Assembly: GCA_041615815.1 (NCBI GenBank)
Contig: JBFJCP010000008.1
Coordinates: 1 to 64,000 of the forward strand
Length of the DNA stretch: 64,000 bases
DNA from: Gemmatimonadales bacterium
GTDB lineage: Bacteria > Gemmatimonadota > Gemmatimonadetes > Gemmatimonadales > GWC2-71-9
Direction of reading: 5' to 3'
The notes beneath the pieces were generated by a model. It ran no database searches. It was given only the letters and a program-made list of their open reading frames with translations, and was not told the origin of the DNA. Both the position numbers and the translations under genes were made by a program. Positions 39,638 to 48,907 of this stretch are shown here, in pieces (within the stretch, counting starts at the first letter, position 1; each line of letters starts with the position of its first letter).

Positions 39638-40488
39638 CCACCATCCACGTAGCCCACAGTCCGGACTCCGACGACGCGTTCATGTTCTACGGCTTGGCGG
39701 CGCACAAAGTCGCCACGGACGACCGCCGCTACGTTCACGAGCTCGCCGACATCGAGACGCTGAACCGGCGGGCGTTGGCGGGGGAACTCGAGGTGACGGC
39801 GGTGTCCATCCATGCGTATGCCCATGTAGCGGACCGCTACGCGCTGTTGCCACACGGGGCCTCGATCGGTGATCGCTATGGTCCACGGCTCGTGGCCCGC
39901 GAGCCCGCGCCCTCCGACGTGGCAGCCGCCCTGAGGGGGCGGCGGATCGCCATCCCTGGGACCCTCACCACGGCAGCGCTCACGTTGCGGCTGTTCCAGC
40001 CGACAATTGAAACGATGGTCCTGCCGTTCGACGAGATTGAGGACGCCGTCGCGGACGGAGCGGTCGACGTGGGACTGCTCATCCATGAGGGCCAGCTCAC
40101 GTTCGCGGACCGGGGGCTCCACTTATGGGCGGACATGGGAGTGTGGTGGCACGAACAGACCAACCTTCCCCTTCCGCTGGGAGGAAACGTGGTGCGCCGC
40201 GATCTCGGCGAGGAGCTCATTCGGGCCATTTCGCGAGATCTGCGGGCAAGCATCCTCTACGCCTTGGCGCACCGCGACGAGGCCCTCCGGCACGCGATGC
40301 AGTACGCCCGAGGACTGAGGCCCCCGCAGGTGGATCGCTTCGTCGGTATGTACGTGAACGACTTCACCGTCGACTATGGGGAGTCGGGCCGGCTGGCTGT
40401 CCAAATGCTGCTCGATCGAGCGGCCGCCGCGGGTGTCCTGCCCAAGCGCGTGGAGGTCACGTTCGTGGACGATGGGGTGATCGTATAG
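39634..40488 (+). CDS. mqnD: 1,4-dihydroxy-6-naphthoate synthase (futalosine pathway)
   Basis: HSPDSDDAFMFY, DIETLN, YGP.LV, PG.LTTA, GLLIHEGQLT, LPLPLGG, MYVN. Confidence 0.88.
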   Translation: MTTIHVAHSPDSDDAFMFYGLAAHKVATDDRRYVHELADIETLNRRALAGELEVTAVSIHAYAHVADRYALLPHGASIGDRYGPRLVAREPAPSDVAAALRGRRIAIPGTLTTAALTLRLFQPTIETMVLPFDEIEDAVADGAVDVGLLIHEGQLTFADRGLHLWADMGVWWHEQTNLPLPLGGNVVRRDLGEELIRAISRDLRASILYALAHRDEALRHAMQYARGLRPPQVDRFVGMYVNDFTVDYGESGRLAVQMLLDRAAAAGVLPKRVEVTFVDDGVIV

Positions 40489-40581
40489 GGCGGCACACCG
40501 CGGGGTTGCGCGCGGCGGGATGGCGCCCATAGTCACAAGAGTCGAAGTTCCTCGACGCGGTGACCCCGGAGCCCGGGGACA

Positions 40582-41682
40582 GTGCCTGGAGCGAAGACCG
40601 TGACCGCAGCAGAGCAGATAGAACAGAGATCCGCGATCCTCATCGTGGACGATGAGGTGGCACTGCGCGAGGCGTTGGCTCGATTCCTTCGCGAGCAGGG
40701 CTACGCGGTCACGACCGTCGCATCCGGTGTGGCCGCGCTCGAGGAACTCCGTGGCGCAAAATACCAACTGATGCTGCTCGACATCCGAATGCCTGGCATG
40801 AGTGGCATCGATGCCGTCACGGAAGCCCTCGATATCGATCCCGATCTCGCCATCATCATGCTCAGCGCCGTGGGAGACGCGACGAGTGCCGCCAACTGCA
40901 TGCAGCGCGGCGCAATGGATTATCTCACCAAGCCGCTGGAGCTCACCGATCTCATGAGTGCCGTGCATCGCGCGCTCCGGCGGCGTGATACGCAGATGCA
41001 AGATCGCGGCATCACGAATTGGCTGCGTGATGAGGTACAGCGGCGCGGTGAGGAGATCCTTCGTGAGCGGCACAAACAGGAACAGATTACACTGGCAACG
41101 CTCGAGGCCCTCATCAACGCCCTCGAGGTGAAGAACCAGTACTTACGCGGTCACTCGGCTCGGATCGCCGCCCTCGCGGCGACCATCGCCCACCAGCTCG
41201 GCTTGTCTGATGAGGATATCGAGTTCGTGCGCATGGCGGGCCGGCTGCACGACTTGGGGAAGATCGGTATTCGCGAAGAGGTCCTGAACAAAGAGGGTCC
41301 CCTCACCGAGGAGGAGTTCGAGCACGTCAAAGAGCATGTCGTCATCGGCTCCCAAATCCTCGCCCCCCTCACCCATCTCGGTCCGGTGGCCCGGTTCGTC
41401 CGAGGACACCACGAACACTGGGATGGCTCGGGATACCCCGACGGCATCTCAGGCGAGGCCATTCCGCTGGGGGCCCGCATTCTGTGCGCCGCCGAAGTCT
41501 ATGACGCCCTTACCCAGCGCCGACCGTACCATGAGAAACTCGCCCCTGAAGAGGCCACCGAGCGGATGCGGCTACTCGCCAGCAGCGTCCTCGACCCCGA
41601 CGTGATGGAGGCCTTGGCCGCCGCCGTGGCCCGTCGCAAGACCCTCGTGTTCCTTGACGAGGACCACGCCCGAGCGGAGTAA
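40582..41682 (+). CDS. Response regulator with HD-GYP phosphodiesterase domain (RpfG-like)
   Basis: ILIVDDE, LLDIRMP, YLTKP receiver; GHSARI, HDLGKIG, HHEHWDGSGYPDG. Confidence 0.93.
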   Translation: MPGAKTVTAAEQIEQRSAILIVDDEVALREALARFLREQGYAVTTVASGVAALEELRGAKYQLMLLDIRMPGMSGIDAVTEALDIDPDLAIIMLSAVGDATSAANCMQRGAMDYLTKPLELTDLMSAVHRALRRRDTQMQDRGITNWLRDEVQRRGEEILRERHKQEQITLATLEALINALEVKNQYLRGHSARIAALAATIAHQLGLSDEDIEFVRMAGRLHDLGKIGIREEVLNKEGPLTEEEFEHVKEHVVIGSQILAPLTHLGPVARFVRGHHEHWDGSGYPDGISGEAIPLGARILCAAEVYDALTQRRPYHEKLAPEEATERMRLLASSVLDPDVMEALAAAVARRKTLVFLDEDHARAE

Positions 41683-42739
41683 TCCGTCGGCGCTCGCGAT
41701 CACCGCGACTGCGCTCATCCTCGCTGCCTGCACGCCCACGACACGCGTGGTCGCCGTCGCCGGCGATCGAACCGTGACCTTCCTCGATCGCAACCTCCAA
41801 CCACGATCCTCCCTGCATGCGGAAGTTCCCGCGCTGCCAGATGCCGCGGTCGTCGACCTCCGGGTGAGCGGCGACGGCACGCATCTGACCCTCCTACTCC
41901 ACGAGAAAACCGGTGGGTGGCTCGTCCAAGCTCGGCGCACGGACGCCGCCCCCATGCGCCGCATCTCTCTCGGCGACACCGATCCGGAACGGCTCCTGCC
42001 GTTTCGCGACGGCATTCGCTTCGTCACCCTCAGCACCCGAGTGACCGCTGAATCGATCAGCGCCGTGGCGCATCTCGTGTCCCTGAGCCGGCGGAGCGCC
42101 GCGGCCCGCGCGTTCGAGGTCTGTGCCGGCCGCGCCGCAGCGGGCATCGTGTACGAGGAGACCGACCGGGTGTTCGTGATCTGTGACGACGACCATATCA
42201 CCGAAATCGACGCCACGTTGCAACGAATCGTTCGCCGGGTCCGCATCGAGGAAGCCGACGATGCATCGTCTTGTCGGCCGCGTGGGGCGGCCCTGACCGG
42301 GGGGAGTGGAGCGCTCCTCTTGTCGTGCCGCATGAGGGCACAGTTGGTCCTCGTGGACCGTGTCACTCTGACGCCGTTCGACTCGATCTCGCTTCCCACG
42401 CCAGGTGACCTCATCGTCGCGCTCACCGGACACGAGGTCCTGGTAACGCACGAAAACGGGACCGTGACCACTGTGGACCTTCGGCGACGGCGGGCGTTGG
42501 AGACCGTCACGCTGGGTGGCGTCCTGCGTCAGCTCGTGCCCGGTTCCGAGCGATCCGTCGCGTTTGGGCTGCTACAGGTTGAGTCCGATCGAACCATGGT
42601 GGCGCGGCTCGTGGAGGGAGCGGTGGAGGCGAGGCAACCCGCCCCCCGCGGGACACGCGCGCTTGCCGTCTGGCCTAGCATCCTGCCCCCGGTACCCGTG
42701 TGGATCGCTCCTACCGCTCGACCCGATGAGAAGCCGTAA
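41654..42739 (+). CDS. Hypothetical lipoprotein, YncE/YVTN-like beta-propeller
   Basis: LILAAC lipobox and repeated beta-blade pattern. Start uncertain. Confidence 0.65.
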   Translation: MTRTTPERSNPSALAITATALILAACTPTTRVVAVAGDRTVTFLDRNLQPRSSLHAEVPALPDAAVVDLRVSGDGTHLTLLLHEKTGGWLVQARRTDAAPMRRISLGDTDPERLLPFRDGIRFVTLSTRVTAESISAVAHLVSLSRRSAAARAFEVCAGRAAAGIVYEETDRVFVICDDDHITEIDATLQRIVRRVRIEEADDASSCRPRGAALTGGSGALLLSCRMRAQLVLVDRVTLTPFDSISLPTPGDLIVALTGHEVLVTHENGTVTTVDLRRRRALETVTLGGVLRQLVPGSERSVAFGLLQVESDRTMVARLVEGAVEARQPAPRGTRALAVWPSILPPVPVWIAPTARPDEKP

Positions 42740-42745
42740 CAGAAG

Positions 42746-42775
42746 ACAACCCGGGACCTTACGGACCCGGGTTGT
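42746..42775. terminator. Hairpin/probable intrinsic terminator
   Basis: ACAACCCGGG-N10-CCCGGGTTGT just after the stop at 42739. Confidence 0.55.
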
Positions 42776-42899
42776 TGGCCGAGCGACGCCGCCGTCACAC
42801 GCCGCGCACGGCCGCTTTTGCGAGATTGATGAGGAGGTGAGACAAAGCCTCTCGCACGCTCCTCCGAACATAACAGCCCCCGCGACCAGGAGGTTCCCA

Positions 42900-43325
42900 T
42901 CAGGGCCACCGTTTCAGCCGGCCGAGCCGGGATGTCGTGAGCGATTCGGCACTGGCTCCCCGCCTGAGCACGAGCGTGGTATTGGCCGCCCCCCAACCGA
43001 GCCCCGTGGGACCCACGCGAATGACCGCTCGAGACGCCTCGAGCGTGACACCATGGCGCCCGGGTCCCGGAGCGGCGACGACCAGGGAATCGCGTTCGTC
43101 GATGACCGCGCGCAGGGAATCCTCGGCGAACACGAGACGCACACGTACACCGTGAAAAACCGCGGACAGGCGTGCTCGGTTGTAGAACGACGCCACCTCC
43201 AACGCGGCCCGATTGGTCGCACGGACGTCACGCGAAGACCCGATGTGCGGGCTCCAGATCACGAGCACCAGTCCGGCGATCGCGATGGCCAGCAAGGTTT
43301 CTACGACGGTTGTCCCCGCTTGCAT
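42900..43325 (-). CDS. Type IV pilin-like protein (FimT/GspH family)
   Basis: Class III signal MQAG|TTVVETLLAIAIAGLVLVI with Glu at +5; ARLSAV; C-terminal TTSRLGRLK. Confidence 0.75.
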   Translation of the reverse strand: MQAGTTVVETLLAIAIAGLVLVIWSPHIGSSRDVRATNRAALEVASFYNRARLSAVFHGVRVRLVFAEDSLRAVIDERDSLVVAAPGPGRHGVTLEASRAVIRVGPTGLGWGAANTTLVLRRGASAESLTTSRLGRLKRWP

Positions 43326-43757
43326 GACGAAACGTGCGGTGGCCAGCCCAGCCCGCGGGAACCCAAACCACGCGTCGTGGCACGAAATCGCGGCCTCGCC
43401 ACGGCTGTCCCAATGGTCCCACAATCGGGGCGATTTGCACGGACCTCACTGTTCCGGCCCCGATTCCAGACGGCTGATGGACATCGTAAAGTGTTTTATC
43501 AAAGTAAGTTACGTATCTCTTGCGCCACCCCCTTTATAAGGTATGCAACTTGCTCCCTCGGAGATGTTTACACGGATTCGTCGGCTCCGCCCGGGCGGTC
43601 TCGGGTATGCGCCGAAGTCGGGTCCGGAGCCCGACGCCGCCGTTGTGAGACGGCTGGGACAGGCAAAGTGATCGTCACCCTTGCCCGACCCCCGCAGCGG
43701 CGCCCATACTTGCTGGGGCCAGCATATGTTGAGCATCGATCGAAGAAAGCCGCTCTC

Positions 43758-45044
43758 GTGACCACCAACGGTTCACGCCGTCGGCTCACCACTCCAAGCA
43801 CGTTCCACGAAGCGTTCCTGACCCGGGCCGCGAAGGCACAGGATCAACGCTCCAAGGCACGTGCCATGGGTGGTTTTCTCGCCATGCGGTTGGTGGACCA
43901 TTTCGCCGATGGACGGATCGTCGAGACGAGTCGATCCGCGCGGGAATACCAGGTCAAAGCCACATCGGAATTCGTGGCGCAGCTGTTCCCCAGGACCGTC
44001 GAAGTGAACCATCTCTCGGAGATCGTGCGGGTGGCTGCCGGAGCCGCACGGACGGGCACGGTCCGGGTCATGTGGCCGCCCCTGCTGGCATTTGCCTACT
44101 GGCTCGAGCAGGAGGTTCGGTACGACGAGGCGTTGGACGTACTGACCACCGCGCTGCGGTTGCAGGATGGGGGGAAGGGGGAGGAGGAGGTGGCCGCGAG
44201 CCTGCAGCGAGCACGGGTGCTGCGCCGCGCCGGCCGGTTCGACGAAGCGTGCGAGGGATATGCGGCCGCCGGGGATCTCGCCGTGCAGCTGGCGGATCGA
44301 CGCTCGGAGCTGTTGAGCAGAATCGGGCGTGCGATCGTGCTGCAGAAGACGGGCAACTTGCCTGAATCCGAGCGGCTCCTCCGTCGGGTCCTGGAGGACG
44401 CCCGGGCCTTGGGCGACCGCGACGCCGAGGCGCGCGCGTGTCACGATCTGGCCATCGCGATGGCGCTGCGGGAGCGCTTACCGGAGGCGGTACCGCTCGC
44501 GTTCCGAGCGTTTGAACTGTACGACCGCCCAACTGATCGAGCGCGGGCGCTGCATGACACCGGCGCCTTTCTCAAAGAGCTGGGGCACTATAGCGCAGCG
44601 AGCGATGCGTTCCTGGAGGTGCTTGCGGGGGCGCCGCCGACCGAGATGCTCCTGCTGGTCGAGCTCGAGCTGCTCGAGGTGAGCGCGCTGATCGGTGACC
44701 GTCTGTCGTTTGAGCGCTGGCGTCGGGAGTTGCAGGGAGATCATGACCTGATGGCACCCGAGGTCCGCGTGGACTTCGGCATCAAGCTCGCAATGGGATT
44801 GGCGTCGTTTGAGCGGGAGCCGGAGGCCGAGAGAGCGTTACGGCGCGCGATCGGGCTGGCCGAGCGTCATGGATTGAACGAACATGTGTTCCGGGCAGAG
44901 CGCCATCTCCTGGAGCTGCAGGAGCGGCGCGCGGCGCGGCGCGAGGCCGTCAATCCGCCGACCCCCGCGCCCGAAGTGCACCGCACGATCGAAGCGGTGC
45001 AGGCCCTCCGGGCGGAGCGGGAGGCAGCGGCGACGACGCCTTGA
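43758..45044 (+). CDS. Tetratricopeptide-repeat protein (cytoplasmic, no clear HTH or enzyme domain)
   Basis: Serial TPR-like helices YDEALDVLTTAL, FDEACEGYAAA, LPESERLLRRVL, LPEAVPLAFRAF, YSAASDAFLEVL, PEAERALRRAI. Start uncertain (GTG 43758 or later ATG). Confidence 0.8.
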   Translation: MTTNGSRRRLTTPSTFHEAFLTRAAKAQDQRSKARAMGGFLAMRLVDHFADGRIVETSRSAREYQVKATSEFVAQLFPRTVEVNHLSEIVRVAAGAARTGTVRVMWPPLLAFAYWLEQEVRYDEALDVLTTALRLQDGGKGEEEVAASLQRARVLRRAGRFDEACEGYAAAGDLAVQLADRRSELLSRIGRAIVLQKTGNLPESERLLRRVLEDARALGDRDAEARACHDLAIAMALRERLPEAVPLAFRAFELYDRPTDRARALHDTGAFLKELGHYSAASDAFLEVLAGAPPTEMLLLVELELLEVSALIGDRLSFERWRRELQGDHDLMAPEVRVDFGIKLAMGLASFEREPEAERALRRAIGLAERHGLNEHVFRAERHLLELQERRAARREAVNPPTPAPEVHRTIEAVQALRAEREAAATTP

Positions 45045-45194
45045 TTACGTGTCCGAGTTTGCGTAACCCGCGTTGAAGCAGCTCGTGGTCTCGTCGCCGC
45101 AGTCTGGCGGGGCGACGGGGTTCGCACAGGCGGCGGCGCTGAGCGCGACCGACGCCAAGAGCGCGAACGCGTAGAGTCGTATGCGACGCGACAT
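45045..45194 (-). CDS. 49-aa secreted/lipoprotein pro-peptide
   Basis: MSRRIRLYAFALLASVALSAAACANPVAPPDCGDETTSCFNAGYANSDT*; AGGAGGAG RBS; basic n-region, hydrophobic h-region, AAA-C lipobox; TAA abuts the TPR gene TGA. Confidence 0.8.
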   Translation of the reverse strand: MSRRIRLYAFALLASVALSAAACANPVAPPDCGDETTSCFNAGYANSDT

Positions 45195-45260
45195 GGTGCT
45201 CCTCCTGAGCGCATAAGGAGTGGATGTGCTGCTGGGGTTGCGAGATGGCGCGAAACCGCC

Positions 45261-45332
45261 ATTCTAAAGCTCAGCGGGAGTCCTGGAGGTTTTTAGTCCC
45301 TTTTTGGGACTTTACGTGTCGTTTTTGGGACA
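45261..45332 (-). promoter_or_regulatory. Peptide-gene promoter with tandem AraC-type direct repeats
   Basis: Minus-strand -10 TAGAAT at 45266-45261 with a poor -35; TTTTTGGGAC repeated at 45301 and 45322 (21-bp period); palindrome AGTCCC-N5-GGGACT at 45295-45311. Confidence 0.55.
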
Positions 45333-45335
45333 TTC

Positions 45336-46136
45336 ATGAACGTCCTCTCAGCGGTACCCGACGATTTCGCACGGCGTTTGCAGCGGGCGGCCGGACAGCG
45401 GTTCACGTTCCGGTCCACCCGCGGGTGGTCGGAGACCATCGACGCGATTCGGCAGGAGCCGCTCGAGCTTGCGGTGGTGGACCCGGGACTCGAGGGCATT
45501 CCCCGGGCACATGAGATCGAGCGGATTCGGGTACTCTTCCCGTCGCTCCCGCTCATGTTGTACACCAAGCTGTCGCCCCGCATGGTGCCGGTGCTCCTGC
45601 AACTAGGCCGAGCCGGGATCCGTAACGTCGTGGTGGAAGGCCATGACGATCACCCCGATCGCCTGCGGCAGCTTCTCATCGAGGAGGCCGCTGGTTCCGT
45701 CTCGCGGCGGTTGGTGGCGCAGCTGGATGACGTGCTTGGGGATTGTCCCGGCGAGCTTCGTTGGGCGATCGAGACGGCGGTTCGGGAACCGGCTACGCTC
45801 CACACGGTGGGTGATCTGGCGCGGCGGGCCCGCATGGACCGGCGCACCTGTGTGCGGTGGTTCACCAAGGCGCAACTACCGCCCCCAAGCGTTATGTTGA
45901 TGGTCTTTCGGGTAGTCTATGCGCACCGTCTGTTGCTGGATCCGGGCTACACCGTGGAGGATGTGGCGACCAAGTTGGGGTACGCGAAGACTCGGTCGTT
46001 TGCGCAGAACGTGAAAGAGGTGTTCGGCATGACGCCTGGAGAGCTGCGGGTATCCCTGGCGCCGGAGGACGCGTTGAGCGTCGTGCGGGATCGGTATTTC
46101 CGGCAGGCTACCCTGTCTCTCTTGACGGCGTCATGA
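45336..46136 (+). CDS. AraC-family regulator with N-terminal receiver-like domain
   Basis: LELAVVDP...LPLMLYT receiver-like region; TVGDLARRARMDRRT and YTVEDVATKLGYA..RSFAQNVKEVFGMTPGELR double HTH. Confidence 0.88.
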   Translation: MNVLSAVPDDFARRLQRAAGQRFTFRSTRGWSETIDAIRQEPLELAVVDPGLEGIPRAHEIERIRVLFPSLPLMLYTKLSPRMVPVLLQLGRAGIRNVVVEGHDDHPDRLRQLLIEEAAGSVSRRLVAQLDDVLGDCPGELRWAIETAVREPATLHTVGDLARRARMDRRTCVRWFTKAQLPPPSVMLMVFRVVYAHRLLLDPGYTVEDVATKLGYAKTRSFAQNVKEVFGMTPGELRVSLAPEDALSVVRDRYFRQATLSLLTAS

Positions 46137-46531
46137 AACAAGGGCTCATGGTGTTGGTGGTGGACGATGACCCCAGCGTCCGCCGCGTGTTGGAACGGGC
46201 GCTCCAGCTGCGGGGCCACACGCCGCTGGTGGCGGCAACCGGTGACGCGGCCTTCGAGTTCCTCCGGCGCCATGAGATAGACCTGGTCCTCATGGACCTG
46301 CGCATGCCCAGCATGTCCGGGCAGACGCTGTATCATGTGATCGCGAGCCAATGGCCGAGGCTGGCAAGTCGGGTCATCGTTATGAGTGGCGATCCCGACG
46401 CTCGGGACCACGAGGAGTGGCTGTCGCTGAACCAACTACCGGTCATCAACAAGCCGTTCGATCTGCCTGAGTTGTATGCCATGATCGATCGGCTGATGTC
46501 TGACGAACGCCGTCGAGCCAACGGAGGCTGA
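46133..46531 (+). CDS. Stand-alone response regulator (receiver only)
   Basis: VLVVDDD, VLMDLRMP, VMSG, INKPF; ATGA overlap with the AraC gene. Confidence 0.92.
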   Translation: MKQGLMVLVVDDDPSVRRVLERALQLRGHTPLVAATGDAAFEFLRRHEIDLVLMDLRMPSMSGQTLYHVIASQWPRLASRVIVMSGDPDARDHEEWLSLNQLPVINKPFDLPELYAMIDRLMSDERRRANGG

Positions 46532-46532
46532 G

Positions 46533-47252
46533 TTGACCCCACCGGGTGGCGAACACGATCCCCTGACCGTGCTGCGGGAGTACCGGCAGCTGGCCCCTTG
46601 GAACTTGCGGGACCTGGCGACGCTCGCCGGGGCCATTCTCGATGCGTCCAGCGTGCGGCCCATCAATGCCGCGGCCAGCGTCCATCCCAATGAACGGACG
46701 ATTCGATTCTATGTGACCCGTGGTCTCGTCACCCCGCCCGAGGGCCGGGGCACGGCGGCGATCTACTCCTACCGCCATCTCCTCCAGGTACTGAGCATCA
46801 AGCTCCGGCAGATGGAGGGAGCTACCCTGGCGGCGATCGCGTCAGAGCTCGAAGCGCTTTCCGGCGATGTGCTGGAACGCCGGGTCGCGGGGGCGCTGGG
46901 TCCCAGTCTCCCCGCGCCCGATCATCTCGCACTCGGCGACGCCCAGGCCGCACCTCGCGGCCGAGCGGGCCGACTCTATCGGACATCTTCACCCGATTCG
47001 TATGGTCCGCCGGCCGCCGCCGAGCCCGCGGAGACACCCCGACAGCCCTCCACCTGGTATCGCGTACCCATCTCGCCGGGTGTCGAGCTTCATCTCACGG
47101 CGGATCACCCGCTGGCGCGCGCCCGCGAGCGCGGCACGGAGCTCGCCGACGCCGTCCGGGTCGCCCTCTCGCGCGTACTCGCCCGAGGTCGCACGGTCCC
47201 CGAAAAGTCGGCGGCGGCCGATCGCGCCGACGCCGTTCGCGCTCGCCAGTAA
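46533..47252 (+). CDS. MerR-type HTH transcriptional regulator
   Basis: PNERTIRFYVTRGLVTPP.GRG..AIYSYRHLLQVLSIK..Q.EG..L..I; C-terminal WYRVPISPGVELHL. Confidence 0.85.
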   Translation: MTPPGGEHDPLTVLREYRQLAPWNLRDLATLAGAILDASSVRPINAAASVHPNERTIRFYVTRGLVTPPEGRGTAAIYSYRHLLQVLSIKLRQMEGATLAAIASELEALSGDVLERRVAGALGPSLPAPDHLALGDAQAAPRGRAGRLYRTSSPDSYGPPAAAEPAETPRQPSTWYRVPISPGVELHLTADHPLARARERGTELADAVRVALSRVLARGRTVPEKSAAADRADAVRARQ

Positions 47253-47303
47253 CCCCCGCGGGTCACTCCCGCGACGTGCCGACAACAAGGAGGCGTTCGC
47301 CCC

Positions 47304-47891
47304 ATGTCCTGGATTTTCCTCGTGCTGGTCGTGGTGGTGCTGCTGTGGGCGATCTACGCGTACAACATGTTAATCAATCTGAAGGGGCAGACGCTCAACG
47401 CGTGGAAGCAGATCGACGTACAGCTCAAGCGACGCCATGATCTGATTCCCAATCTCGTGGAGGCGGTGCGCGGGGCAATGGAGTTCGAGCGGGAGACCCT
47501 CGAGGCCGTGATTCAGGCTCGGAACCAAGCGGTGAAGATCCAGGCCTCGGCGGCCCCGACGGGCGGCGTGCAGCAGCTGGCGCAAGCGGAGGCTGCGCTG
47601 AGCAGCGCCCTGGGTCGCCTCAACGTCGTCGTGGAGCGGTACCCCGAACTCAAAGCCACCGCCAACGTGGGTCAGTTGCAGGAAGAACTCACGTCCACGG
47701 AGAATCGCGTGGCGTTCGCGCGGCAATTGTACAACGACACGGCCACGACGTACAACGTGAAGCAACACCAGATTCCATGGAATCTGGTCGCCGGGTTCGC
47801 AAAGGCGGAGCCGGTAGAGCTGTGGGAGATCGTCGACGAGAGCGAGCGCGAGGTCCCACAGGTCGATCTTTCCCTGAAACCGAAGCAGTGA
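47304..47891 (+). CDS. lemA: LemA family protein
   Basis: N-terminal TM, AWKQIDVQLKRRHDLIPNLVE.V, ERYPELKA, TENRVAFARQLYN. Confidence 0.95.
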   Translation: MSWIFLVLVVVVLLWAIYAYNMLINLKGQTLNAWKQIDVQLKRRHDLIPNLVEAVRGAMEFERETLEAVIQARNQAVKIQASAAPTGGVQQLAQAEAALSSALGRLNVVVERYPELKATANVGQLQEELTSTENRVAFARQLYNDTATTYNVKQHQIPWNLVAGFAKAEPVELWEIVDESEREVPQVDLSLKPKQ

Positions 47892-48907
47892 CCGACGCGA
47901 ACCTCTTTGCGCAACAAGCCGCCAATCGCCGCCGTTCGACGATCCTTGTAACGCTCTTTCTCCTCTTCTTCGCCTGGGTCGGGTTCGGCGGCGATCTCGC
48001 GTTCAATCTGGCCACGGCGGACGCGCCGCCGGATGCCTATCACCACACCGTACCATGGTTCGGCATCGGGGCGACGCTCCTGGGTGGCGCCCTGGCATGG
48101 GTGAGCTGGAAAACCGGCCCCAAGCAGGTCCTCTGGGCCACTGGGGCGTGGCAGCTCCTCGAAGCGGACACCGACGCCACGAAGCGTCTCGTGAACATCG
48201 TCGAGGAGATGGCAATCGCTTCCGGGTTGCCCGCACCCAAGATCTGGATCCTCGCAGACAAAGACCCCAACGCGTTTGCCACCGGCACCGACGAGCACCA
48301 TGCCCATGTGGCCGTCACTGAGGGCCTCTTGGAGCTCCTGAACCGGGACGAACTGCAGGCGGTCGTGGCGCACGAAATGGCCCACATCCGAAACCACGAT
48401 GTCAAGCTGATGACGTTGCTCGCGGCGTTAGTGGGCGTCATCCTCCTGATCTCCGACGGCGCGTGGCGATTCGTCTGGTTCGGACAGGGTCGCGCCCCCA
48501 GGCCGCGCGGAGGTGGGAAGAAGGGGGGCGGCCTGGCCCCCGTCGTCTTCGTGTTGTGGCTCCTGACGCTCCTGCTTGCGCCGATCATCTCCCGCCTGCT
48601 CGCGCTCGCCGTGAGCCGCAAACGGGAGTTTCTCGCCGACGCCACTGGAGCTCAATTCACCCGCAACCCGGGGGCCCTGGCATCCGCGCTACGACGGATT
48701 GAGGAGGCGGCGGGGCCCACGAAGTCGATCAAGCGCGGCGCCGCCCATCTGTGCATCGCGGACCCGTTGGGACGGCGCCTCACCCACAAGCAAGGCCTGG
48801 TGGCCAATCTCTTTGCCACCCACCCCCCCATGCCGCTCCGCATCGCCCGCCTCAAGGCGATGGCCTACCAATTCGACAAAACGGGAGTGATCCCGGAGGA
48901 GGTCTGA
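47888..48907 (+). CDS. htpX: M48 family zinc metalloprotease (HtpX-like)
   Basis: PNAFATG, VTEGLL, VVAHEMAHI, SRKREFLADA, LFATHPP; GTGA coupling with lemA. Confidence 0.9.
   Translation: MTDANLFAQQAANRRRSTILVTLFLLFFAWVGFGGDLAFNLATADAPPDAYHHTVPWFGIGATLLGGALAWVSWKTGPKQVLWATGAWQLLEADTDATKRLVNIVEEMAIASGLPAPKIWILADKDPNAFATGTDEHHAHVAVTEGLLELLNRDELQAVVAHEMAHIRNHDVKLMTLLAALVGVILLISDGAWRFVWFGQGRAPRPRGGGKKGGGLAPVVFVLWLLTLLLAPIISRLLALAVSRKREFLADATGAQFTRNPGALASALRRIEEAAGPTKSIKRGAAHLCIADPLGRRLTHKQGLVANLFATHPPMPLRIARLKAMAYQFDKTGVIPEEV

Noticed and set aside
43379..43395. sigma-54 promoter TGGCACGAAATCGC upstream of the TPR gene
   Set aside because: GG-to-GC spacing is 9, not the required 10.
42516..43757. 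N-terminal half of the 842-aa ORF
   Set aside because: Low-complexity translation that overlaps the propeller gene and the antisense pilin gene and crosses a promoter-like AT-rich tract; only the TPR half is credible.
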